Assembly (NCBI GenBank): GCA_951406725.2
Contig: OX597814.1
Coordinates: forward strand, 122,760,001 to 122,824,000
Origin: Octopus vulgaris
Lineage: Eukaryota
Direction of reading: 5' to 3'
Length of the DNA: 64,000 bases
Part shown: positions 52,958-64,000 of the stretch, piece after piece
Position numbering within the stretch: position 1 is the first letter of the stretch
Layout: each line of letters starts with the position of its first letter
Made by a program: the position numbers and the translations under genes
Notes under the pieces: model-generated
What the model was told of the DNA's origin: nothing
Seen by the model: only the letters and a program-made list of their open reading frames with translations
Database searches by the model: none

Positions 52958-53278
52958 GGGGTTAGAGCGTCGGGCTTACAATCATGTGGTTGTGAGTTCG
53001 ATTTCTGGAGTGGGCTGTGTTGTGTTCTGGAGCATGATGATTTATTCTATGTTGTTCCGGTTCAGTCAGCCGTAGAAATGAGTTGCGACGACGTCCCTGT
53101 TGCCAAGCTGTATAAAGCGTTTGCCTTTCTCTTAGTCAACATCGGTGGCGTGGAGACGGAAGACTGGTATGCATCGGCGGCTGCTGGTCTTCCATAAACA
53201 ACCTTGCTTGGACTTATCCCTCAGAGGGTAACTTTCCAGGTTCAATTCCAAAGTCATTCGTGACCAAAGGGGTTTTTA
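52958..53278 (+). mobile_element. F4 CORE-like tRNA SINE
   Basis: ggttagagcgtcgggcttacaatcatgtggttgtgagttcgattt head, then tgtgttctggagcatga...cagtcagccgtagaaatgagt; 3' body differs from F5. Confidence 0.7.
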
Positions 53279-53301
53279 TCTACGCGACAATATTGTGTTT
53301 C

Positions 53302-53888
53302 TTATTTCTATACTACCCACAAGGGGTTAAACACAGAGAGGACAAACAAGGACAGACAAACGGATGAAGTCGATTATATTGACCCCAGTGCGTAACTGGT
53401 ACTTACTTAATCGACCTCAAAAGGATGAAAGGCAAAGTCGACCTCGGCGGAATTTGAACTCAGAACGTAGCGGCAGACCGGTAGACGAAATACCTATTTC
53501 TTTACTACCCACAAGGGGCCAAACACAGAGGGGACAAACAAGGATAGACACACGGATTAAGTCGATTATATCGACCCCAGTGCGTAACTGGTACTTAATT
53601 TATCGACCCCGAAATGATGAAAGGAAAAGTCGACCTCGACGGAATTTGAACTCAGAACGTAAGGGCAGACGAAATACCTATTGCTTTACTACCCACATGG
53701 GGCTAAACATAGAGTGGACAAACAAGGACAGACAAACGGATTAAGTCGATTATATCTACCCTAGTGCGCAACTGGTACTTAATTTATCGATCCCGAAAGG
53801 ATTAAAGGCAAAGTCGACCTCAGAACGTAACTCAGAACGTAATGGCAGACGAAATACCGCTAAGCATTTCGCCCGGCGTGCTAACGTT
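53302..53888 (-). mobile_element. F1 SINE tandem trimer
   Basis: Units start at ~53302, 53494, 53677. Confidence 0.92.
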
Positions 53889-55679
53889 GTCAACACACAA
53901 CCTTAAATTATGTTTTGTATTGTGTTTCTATTAGTAAAAATACCTGAAGGAAGGCAACAAGAGAGTAGTTTGCATTCTCCGATGAAATTTTCATAACAAC
54001 CATATAGCATCAGTTAAGGATGTCAGTAGAGACCACTCGTAGATATAATATCGCAAAGTCGATGGAAGGGTCATTTTGAATTTCAGTAATAAACTTGTTA
54101 GCATCAATGCAACATTACTTTACCGACAACCTGGTCTCCGTGACATCATTACTGACCAAGGGGACAACATAATGACCTGAAAGATGTCACTGTTGACCAA
54201 GTGAAGTTCAAGGTTGACCTAGGATAAGTCTGGGGAACGTTCTTTTTCCTCTCGATAGTGACGTCGTTAGGATCTGAAAAACTTCAAGGCTGACCAAGTG
54301 AAATTCAACCCTGATTTACATTATAGCTCTAGTGACCTAGGTGATATAATGATCTTGAAAATATCAAGACTGACCTCAGTGAGTTCGTACAGATCTGGAG
54401 GTTGTTAATACTTACATTTCGACCTGGTCAAAACAAGCATAGGCAAAATAAATATTGATCCAGGGGATACGAAAACTGACATAGCTGGCTGTGTTGATTA
54501 TCCATAACATAGATTAATACTGAAAGAAAATACCAACAGTCCGACGGTGTTCTGAGATGAAAATATATTAGGATAGTTTTCAGTGTCGGATCTAAGATTA
54601 AGGCTTTACAAATAGCAGAAAAGACGATTGAAACAAACAAGTAGCTGTTGTTTAGTCCAGGAGAACCTTTATTGAGGATAACAATGATAAGAGACGTTGA
54701 AAGCAAGGTCACCTTGTTCCGTTTTTATATCAAGGACTATACTGACCAATCTTTCCTTTTGTTTTTAAGTCAGTTGGATATGATTTCAAATAGCTACTAT
54801 TCTTAACCAGTCTGGGGTACTTAGACACTTTTTCTTTGGCTGGGAAGCAGTCTGATAACAAACCAGAACCAGAAACAACAAAAAATATTGATTTTATAAA
54901 TAATTAAAGTCGTGACACGTCACCTGACTCTTTCAAAGGACATATGACTTTTTGACTTCTTAAAGAACAGACTGGTTCTATGATCTAGTGATTGCTTTGA
55001 ACTTTTCATGCATGATATGTTGATGATTTTTTTGTTGTTGTTGCTGCTGCTGTTGTTGTTTAGCCCCAGGTCAAAATTAAATAAGTGATCCTCTCATCAA
55101 AGACATTCCATCCATGATTATTGCGTTTATTTCCTATATCGGCGACAATATTTTCTAGTGTTTCCTTCTGACTTTCATGACTTGTGAGAGATTTTATTGC
55201 TATTTCTAGCAAAGCAGGCAGCTGCAAGGACATTAAGGTGAGATGCCGGTAGCAAATTACAAACATATTCAGCCGAACAGATACCGCTTTAATACTGCAA
55301 TGGAAAAGATAATAGAAGTTTTCAAAAATGACTCAATAGCAGTGAAGTAAAGTTTATCTATCAGGAACAATGCTGCGCAATAATATGGAATTCGAGGTAT
55401 GTTAACACTGGTCTAGTGCAGTAAAACTATAGCGTAGTAACACTCTTAATGTATTAAGATAACTATGGAATAGTATGTACGTAGTATAGTAGAACTACTA
55501 CTGTTCAAATGATAACATTCTTAATACATTTTATTACTTGGAGCTTTATATAAACTTCGTTTGCACATTAAAATGTAAAACGTTAGATGCTTTATGACGG
55601 CCATAGAAGATTTTGCGTATTCATCTCGCCAACTCAGTGCAGAGTAGCACAATCAATTTTGCCTTTCATTATTAGAATT

Positions 55680-55842
55680 ACGATGTTTCGTCTGACTTTA
55701 CGTTCTGAGTTCCAATGGTGCCTGGGTCGACTTTGCCTTTAGCTTTTCGAGGCCGATTAAATTAGTATCAGTTGAGCATTGGGGTCGACTTACTCCTTCC
55801 CGTTAAATTGCTGACCTTGTACCAAAATTTGAAATCATTATT
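55680..55842 (+). mobile_element. Older F1-related SINE
   Basis: tacgttctgagttcc...gtcgactttgccttt...gaccttgtaccaaaatttgaaa. Confidence 0.75.
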
Positions 55843-56090
55843 AGAAGTACAATGTTTTGCTTTACTGCATTTTTCTATATAGTCAGAAGACAATACAGTG
55901 TTTATGATACCTTTCAGAGTTTTCGATATGAGAAAGAGGGGAGTTGGAAGGTATCCTCAAAGTATAGTTGGAAGGTATCCTCGAACTCGAACACTTACAA
56001 CAGAATGAACTCCTTAGTTATAAGCAGTTCAGGACCAGACTGATATGGTAAAACGAGTGGTGGAGTAAATCTACAAGTTGAGTACATCAC

Positions 56091-56480
56091 ATTCTTTTGC
56101 TTGTTTCAGTCATTTGACTGCGGCCATGCTAGAGCACCGTCATCAGTCGAGCAAATCGACCCCAGGACTTGTTTTTGGAAGCCTAGTGCTTATTATATCG
56201 GTCTCTTTTGCCGAACCATTAGGTTACGGGGACGTAAACACACCAGCATCGGTTGTCAAGCGATGTTGGGGGGACAAACACAGACACACACACACACAAA
56301 CATATATATATATATATACGACGGGATTCTTTCAGTTTCCGTCTACCAAATCCATTCACAAGGCTTTGGTCGGCCCGAGGCTATAGTAGAAGACACTTGC
56401 CCAAGTTGTCACGCAGTGGGTCTGAACCCGGAACCATGTGGTTGGTATACAAGCTACTTACCACACAGCCAGACCTGCGC
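56091..56480 (-). mobile_element. F2 SINE, full length
   Basis: Reverse complement of F2 with internal (CA)(TA)n. Confidence 0.92.
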
Positions 56481-56768
56481 AACTCAGAATTCAAAGAACA
56501 GGATGAAGGGGCCACAAGGAATCGCACCCAACTAACGATTCTGTTAGTCAACAGTCCTGAACTGGTACTTTATTTTATGAATTCCAGAAGAATTAAGGGT
56601 AAAGCTGACTTTGTTAGTATTCGAAACCGGTACGCAAGAAACTAGTTAAAGTATGGTGAGACATATCGTGCGACACCTTAACAACTCTGTTGTCCTGAAA
56701 CCCGAGTCTTAAACACGTTAATATAAAAGGGGATTGTTTCGAATCAACAAAATACTTTCTGTGTGGTT

Positions 56769-57000
56769 GCGGCGAGCTGGCAGAATCGTTAGCACGCTGG
56801 GCGAAATGCTTAGTGGTATTTCGTCTGCCGCTACGTTCTGAGTTCAAATTCCGCCGAGGTCGACTTTGCCTTTCATACTTCCGGGGTCAATTAAATAAGT
56901 ACCAGTTACGTACTGGGGTCGATATAATCGACTTAATCCGTTTGTCTGTCCTTGTTTGTCCCCTCTGTGTGTAGCCCCTTGTGGGCAGTAAAGAAATAAG
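56769..57000 (+). mobile_element. F1 SINE, full length
   Basis: gcggcgagctggcagaatcgttagcac...ccccttgtgggcagtaaagaaataa. Confidence 0.92.
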
Positions 57001-57732
57001 TATCGAACTACCGACCTTACGATTGCGAGCCGAATACCCCAACTACTAAATTACGCGCCTTCAAACATCATCAACAACAGCAAAAATGAATTTGTTATAC
57101 TGGAGACGTTGTAGAAGAATGTTTCTATCGGCTGCTTCTTTATTAGGGTTGGAATCCTTCAACAACCGCAGCAGCAACAACAACAGCTACAACAACAAAA
57201 ACAGCTGTATTAAAAGCAACACAAATGGTAGTAGTAGCAGCAGCTGGATTCATCTAATTTAAATTCGTGAATATGTATTTCTCGATAGAGAAATTAATAC
57301 GAAACAGCTCTGACTGAATTGCTGATAGATAAGAGTCAATATATATTCCTTAGGCAATAAATAAAACATAAATAATAGAGAAATATGTTAATTTATGGCT
57401 CATAATTCATAAAAGTTCGGGATTCTACAAAATAAACAAAAACCTCATTTAAATTATGGATTTGAAATAATAGTAATAATAGTTTGATAGTCTTTGAACT
57501 ACACACACACACATCTATATATATACCTATATTTATGTATACATACATATATCGCTATACATACTCTCTCACATACATATATATATATACACACGCATAC
57601 ATACGTACATACATACAAATAGGGTATATATATGTGCATGTATATAAATATATATATATATACACATACGTACATATATATATATATGTGGGTGTATATA
57701 TACATATACGTATATATATATCTATATATATA

Positions 57733-57783
<51 letters not shown>

Positions 57784-57868
57784 CATGTAATCGTTAATTT
57801 GATTTATTCAGATCAATTTAAATGAATCAATATGTGTGTGTGCGCGCATACTTAGAAGCAATTAATGC

Positions 57869-57961
<93 letters not shown>

Positions 57962-58355
57962 CAGAAAGGGAGAACCTTGTTGTAAAGGAAGTTATAGTGT
58001 TAACACATTCATGTACAATTCAGACTAAATGTATTCCGATGGATGTTGTTCCTTCCACATCAATAGTCTGATTTATCTCCCATATATTCAGATAAAATCT
58101 GAATACAAGGAAGGGAAATTAAGGCAGTGAAGTAGAAGACGTCATATACACTGGATTAAATGCTTGTAGTGTTTCGTGTCACCGCTCTACGTTCGTATTT
58201 CAAATATCAGCGAAGTCGACTTTTTCTTGAAGTCATGAAGGCAGGGTTACAAATGAATGTAATGTACTAACCATCTTCCTGAACGTACTACGAGGATAGT
58301 ATATGTGTGTGTGTATACATACATACATGCATACATACATACATACATACATACA

Positions 58356-58389
<34 letters not shown>

Positions 58390-58423
58390 CACACACACAC
58401 GCACATATACATATACATATATA

Positions 58424-58456
<33 letters not shown>

Positions 58457-58622
58457 TAATTTCGAGATAGTATACCCGTACATTCTCACCAAATAAAAAG
58501 AATTTTTATTTTTATTTTAAATACCTACTGTAACAGGCTAAGTAATAAAACAGTAGGTATTTAAAATAAAAAAAGAGTTCTTTTTATTTGGTGAGAAGTA
58601 CGGGTATAGTATCTCGAAATTA
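58457..58622. repeat. ~75-bp-arm inverted repeat between (TA)n tracts
   Basis: taatttcgagatagtatacccgtac...aaatacctactgt mirrored by acagtaggtattt...gtacgggtatagtatctcgaaatta. Confidence 0.85.
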
Positions 58623-58685
58623 AAATATATTTCTTCATTGAGAATAATTTGAACCTCTGTTATGCCGGAATTGTTATTCCCTAAA

Positions 58686-58746
<61 letters not shown>

Positions 58747-58757
58747 CATATACATAC

Positions 58758-58788
<31 letters not shown>

Positions 58789-58868
58789 TATATATATATA
58801 TACATATACATACATATATGCGTGTGTGAGTGTGAGTGTGTGTGTGTGTGTGTATGTATGTATATATA

Positions 58869-58971
<103 letters not shown>

Positions 58972-59021
58972 TCACAGAGAAAAATGTCTTGTATGTTCCG
59001 GTGTGTATTGTGCTTAAATTG

Positions 59022-59961
59022 TATTATTATTATTGTAGTTATATATTTTTAGGCGTGCTTTCACTTCATACCGAGCGCAGCTCTGTGTGCCTTGGGTATG
59101 TGCTGTGATTTGTTGTGATGCTCTGATGGTTATTGTATGGAAAGTGTTCTGCGTAGGATGTGTGCAGTGCCTAGTAGTGCAATTTTCTGTATGTTATATG
59201 TGTTTGAAAGTCCTGGTGTTTTTGTTATGTATTTGTCTGAATATTTTTTTATCATGCCTAATGCACCTACTATGATAGGAATTGTTTCTGTTTTCAGATT
59301 CCACATTCTAGTTACCTCTATTTCCAGGTCTTTGTATTTTGAGAGTTTCTCCATTTCTTTTAGAGACACGTTGTCATCTGCCGGTATTGATACATCAATT
59401 AGAAAGCATTTTTTTTCTTCATGATCTCTGACAACTATATCTGGTCTGTTGGCCTTAATTTCTCTATCTGTGTGTATCGGCATATCCCAGAGTATGGTTG
59501 CTTTCTCGTTTTCTGTGACCTTTTCTGGTGTGTGCCTATACCATCTTTTTTCTGTTGTTATTCCATAATGTTGGCATAGCTTCCAATGTATGTAGGTTCC
59601 AACTCTGTCATGTCTGTGAATATATTCCTTCTTAGCCAGGACTGGGCAGCTAGAGATAATATGATTTATTGTTTCTTGTCCATCTCCACATATTCTGCAG
59701 TTACTTGTAATATTTCTTTTCATTACATGTTTTTGGTAATTTCTGGTGGGGAGTCTTGTGCTGCAATTAAAAATCCCTCTGTTTCTGCTTTGAGTCCTGA
59801 GCTTCTCAACCATTGCTGGGATTTTTCTTTGTCTAATTCTTTTGCGTTTAGGTTAGTGCAGTATTTACCATGAAGGGGCTTTTCTTGCCATCGTTTTATC
59901 ATGGTTCGTTGCTGTTCTATTTTTAGTTTGGTTTTATAGCTTTTGTTGTTTCTTCATCATC

Positions 59962-59962
<1 letters not shown>
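59022..59962 (-). mobile_element. 5'-truncated R4/Dong-like LINE in (TAA)n
   Basis: Holds the open C-terminal ORF below; 3' end runs into aataataata (59022-59033); 5' end abuts (TTA)n 59962-60026. Confidence 0.88.
59130..59813 (-). CDS. Retrotransposon C-terminus: CCHC finger and restriction-like endonuclease (fragment)
   Basis: CRICGDGQETINHIISSC, RHD, ILWD, NRPDIV, LIDVSIP, EKLSKYKDL, PIIVGALG motifs typical of R4-clade proteins; frameshifted upstream of the finger, so not a functional gene. Confidence 0.85.
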   Translation of the reverse strand: MVEKLRTQSRNRGIFNCSTRLPTRNYQKHVMKRNITSNCRICGDGQETINHIISSCPVLAKKEYIHRHDRVGTYIHWKLCQHYGITTEKRWYRHTPEKVTENEKATILWDMPIHTDREIKANRPDIVVRDHEEKKCFLIDVSIPADDNVSLKEMEKLSKYKDLEIEVTRMWNLKTETIPIIVGALGMIKKYSDKYITKTPGLSNTYNIQKIALLGTAHILRRTLSIQ

Positions 59963-60026
<64 letters not shown>

Positions 60027-60059
60027 GCTGTTGTTGTCGTCTTCGTCGTCTTGACTCGA

Positions 60060-61880
60060 GATTAGTCTTATTCTTGGTAGAATTTATGTGGCTAGCGTGT
60101 TAATCCATGTAACCTAAGACATCCAAATGATTTCAATAAGTCATCAGGTGATCCGAAACCTTCTGATAATCTTTCCTGTTCCTAATTGCCAAACCTTCTG
60201 TAGAAGCTCCACAAGATATTCCATTTCAATCTCTTTTATTCATTTTCTAGTTCTTCTCTCACATCCCCTGCTCCACCAATTATCATACGTACTACTTTTA
60301 CAGATTTCATATTCTAAATCCTCACTATCTCAAATGTTACGTGAGTCGTATTTTTCCAACTTCTCTTCTACCTTTTTCACAATTCCATTATCAAATGAGC
60401 TTAAAGGATCAATCAGTATGCAAATTCAATTTTCCTTGTCTATTGTAGTAATATCTGGCTTGTTATATTTCATCTTATCCGTTTGAACTCAAGTACTCCT
60501 ACTCGATAATTATACCCTATACTTCGTAAACACCTAGTCCACTGTCCTTTCTCATTGTTTGCTCATTTTGGAACTTCACTTCTCAAGCTCCATTCAAATC
60601 TTTCCCGTTTCATTATTAAAATAACTCCCTTTTTATGCCCGAATTCCATCTCTTGCATCATTTCTGAAAATCCTGAAGTATATACAAGACTTTCCAGCTA
60701 CTTTTCATTCTTTATATAACGCCTTAAATCATCTATGAATAGGAGATGATTTTTCTAATCATACCCTTTTCTGAAATCATAGCCAATACAAAGTGTAATG
60801 GAGATAAACTATTACCCTGAAATATACCACATCCGAGGTTCACCTTCCCAACTTTTTGCTTTCCTCGAACGAAGCCAGTCTTCCAATAGTTTATACTCTC
60901 TTTGTTCAGTTTCTCCATATTTCCTGCCACTCCAAACTTTCTTATTGTTTTACTTATCCAACTGTGAGGTATCATGGCATATATTTTTTCTGTAATCCAA
61001 CCATTCTACGTTCAATCCCGTTAATCTGTGTCTGCAATTTCTGAGAACCACTTTATCAACTAACAACTGGTCTTTAACTGCCCTACTTCGTCTCCATCAT
61101 CCTTTCTATTCCACAAGAAGTAAATTGTTACTTTCAGGATGGTGATTTAAATTACCGCCAAGACACTGGTCATAAGCTTTCACATAAGCGGAAAACAGTT
61201 TAACACCAATTTCACGAGATCCTTAAAACACAACAACCTTCGTTCACTTGTCATCCATTAGGAACGTGTCCCTGCTGTAAGCATTCAAAGTGCAATGCTT
61301 TCTTTCAATTCAGCTAGATGAAATTCTTGCAATTCATCCGGCATGGTCCTTTCCAATTTGACATTTTTTCAACTGCAGTCTCCTTGAGTACAGATCAATT
61401 CTCACGTCCTTTTGTTTCGGCACACCAGCAAGTTGTCTGTCCACCTGTATTAAGCTACTCAGCATATTCATTATGTCTCGTTTGCCTGTTCTAAATTTCT
61501 CCCTCGAATGATGTACAGTCTTCCGCATCAGGAATCAGATTCTGACGTTGTTCCCCCTCTCTTTTCTCAAAAGGCCTTCTTCTATTCGGTCGAACCGATC
61601 TATTCTGTTCAAAACCTTTGCATCAAGCATCATATCTTTTCAAATTGGACCTTTAACGCCGTTACTCTTAGCGACAATTTTTCATGTACTATTTATTTTT
61701 CCTCTCTTCTACCCTGCACTGTCACTTCTGTTCTTTTAACATTGCCTCATTATTGAGTTCCCCTCTCGTTATCTTATTTAATTGTTCCAGTTCTTTTTAT
61801 ATCTTTCCAACTTCATATGTATTCTCTTCTTTATTTACTTTCCCCTTTAACTATCTTTTGCTTGTATTCTATTACATAGC
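60060..61880 (-). pseudogene. Heavily decayed R4/Dong-like reverse transcriptase region
   Basis: MIPHSWI...YWKT...GIFQGNSLSPLHFVLAM (60733-60975) matches the RT motif GIFQGDSLSPLLF; many stops and frameshifts; outer limits uncertain. Confidence 0.75.
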
Positions 61881-61945
61881 TACAGCATTAGCGGAGGCTA
61901 TGATTAGCCAGTGTGTTTCACTGGTGTTCTATATTTCAACCAGGC

Positions 61946-62200
61946 TCTTTCATCCTTTCGGGGTCGATAAATTAAGTACCAGTTACGCACTGGGGTTGAT
62001 GTAATCGACTTAATCTGTCTGTCCTTGTTTGTCCCCTCTGTGTTTAGCCCCTTGTGGGTAGTAAAGAAATAGGTATTTTACCCGTCTTTATGTCTGAGTT
62101 CAAGGACGATAACATAAGTACCAGTTGAGTTTTGGGGTCAATGTAATCGACTATCCCCCTTAGCCAAATTTCAGGCCTTGTGCTTATAGTAGAAATGATC
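61946..62200 (+). mobile_element. F1 SINE 3' part plus older F1-related tail
   Basis: ctttcatcctttcggggtcgataaattaagtaccagttacgcactgggg...ggccttgtgcttatagtagaaa. Confidence 0.85.
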
Positions 62201-63629
62201 ATTATTATTATTGAGCGAGAGAGCAGCGCATGTCATCAAAGTGACACTAGGGTACAAATATACGAAGCCCAACATACCCATTGTGACTACCTGTCTGATA
62301 AGGCTACACCAAGTACACGCATCACAACTAAATGTACACGACATGGTGATCTCATATCATGATAAACAATGCATAACAGGTGAAACTTATGCTCTACCAG
62401 AACCTCTTCAGCAGATTTGAAGATTATGGAACCGACATAATTTCTTGCCTTTACATCATATCACCTTTTAGTTACTTCTCCTCTGCTTTCCATGACCCTG
62501 AAATAAAATAACTGAAGATTACTTATTAAAATGTAAACAAAATTGTGGTTGGTTGATACAACTCATTAATATAATGGGTGCAAGGTTGACAGCTCAACAT
62601 TAATTATAGATCATCAATGCGGTGTGGGTTATAAACAACTGAATATACGTAATTATATCTATATGTATTCATTGTCGTCGGCTAAACCACCATATTGTCT
62701 TAGATGTGTGTGTATGTGTATGTTTGTATGAGTGTACGTATCTGTCTGTCAGTGCGTGTGGGTGCGGGATGTTTGTTGTGATTGAATAACTTCGATATTC
62801 GATATAAACAATATGAAACAATATTCATTTGTAATTCGTTACCAACTATTAGAAATTGAACAATAACCAAGAAGTCGACTGAAAAATATGAACTGTCTAT
62901 CGATTGTATAATACGTATGTTATCATCTTCTTCCTCGTCTCTTTGTGAAATATCTTACAAGTAGCTGTATATTCGGAAGGACAAATCTAGACTTATTCTA
63001 AGACCTGATAGAAGATAATTTCTGCATGAACTCTTCCCAGTTCCCTCATTCACAGAACATACAACAGCAACAAGAATAATAAGAGTAATACCAACAATAG
63101 AATATTAAGATATAACATGTTCCAAAGTTTACAATTTGTGAATGACGTTGTAGCTGCAAGTCATTCCTCTAGCCACGTGCATTAGTTATCTAATTACTAA
63201 ACTATACGATAGATTGGCTGACACTAAGATGTGGTAAAGGTTTAGGTCTATTTAGATTTATTCTCAACTGTAACATTTCCAAAACAGCCTGTCAACCTAA
63301 GAGATACTTGGCTTTCGTTCAGATACCCGCATTCAACGAAAGACAGAATTCGCTTATCAGAGATAAACCGGTACTCGAACCTTCGACCCTTCTAAATAAG
63401 GATTTGGCATGAAATCAATTATTTCACCCGTTTAGATTGCATTGTGAATATGTCTTTCATCAGACAAGCTTCTACGCAGAAATAATGAAGATCTTTGGGG
63501 AAAACCAATCGAACACCAGTTTAACTATAAAACTATGTCTTACACTAAATACTAAATTACTTTAAGCACTTACGTACATAAAATTAGAGCTCATCTTTAT
63601 TATAGCGTATGGTTGAAAAAAGATCTCCT

Positions 63630-63731
<102 letters not shown>

Positions 63732-63849
63732 TTCTCTTTATTTTTAATTATATTATTTAATTCTTCCGCTAAGGAAGACGCTGGTTTCTAACAATGATAC
63801 AAAGCTCCATTGCTTGAATGTAGATAACAAAACCCATGTCACATTTTGT

Positions 63850-64000
63850 GGAGGCATATGGCCTAGTGGTTACAGCAGCAGACTCTCGCTCTTTCCTCTT
63901 GCATCTAGCAGCTCACCTGTGACGGACCGGCGTCCCGTCCAGGTGGGGAACCTATACGCCGATAAAACCAAGAAACTGGCCCTTATGAGCCAGGCATGGT
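63850..64000 (+). mobile_element. F3 SINE, internally deleted, cut by window end
   Basis: ggaggcatatggcctagtggttacagcagc joined to ctctttcctcttgcatc...ggcgtcccgtccaggtggggaacctatacgcc. Confidence 0.85.

Noticed and set aside
55942-55984. 24-bp tandem duplication (also 22-bp at 29162-29203)
   Set aside because: Common slippage or repair duplications with no further structure.

Overview
AT-rich eukaryotic non-coding DNA, almost wholly repeats. The SINE and microsatellite content resembles Octopus (coleoid cephalopod) genomic DNA; this is an inference from recall, not from a search. No convincing host gene, tRNA or rRNA was found, and most listed ORFs are microsatellite read-throughs. Contents: (i) at least five tRNA-derived SINE families (labels F1-F5 are mine), one carrying an internal (TA)n/(TG)n tract; (ii) decayed Penelope-like elements (PLEs) with GIY-YIG remnants at 22.9-23.2, 35.1-36.5 and 47.6-47.9 kb, plus many pseudo-LTR fragments abutting (TA)n; (iii) R4/Dong-type LINE fragments in (TAA)n; (iv) a DD37D transposon, a fold-back mariner and an ORF1-like LINE relic; (v) a strictly phased 10-bp minisatellite with a 200-bp higher-order unit. 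The most striking signal is a dense set of minimal hammerhead-ribozyme motifs. Their core position 3:8 pair occurs in all four Watson-Crick forms (C:G, G:C, U:A, A:U), and one family has U at position 6. Several sit in inverted repeats stacked inside the internal microsatellite of one SINE (42.3-45.7 kb). Coordinates and translations were read by eye and are approximate to a few bases.
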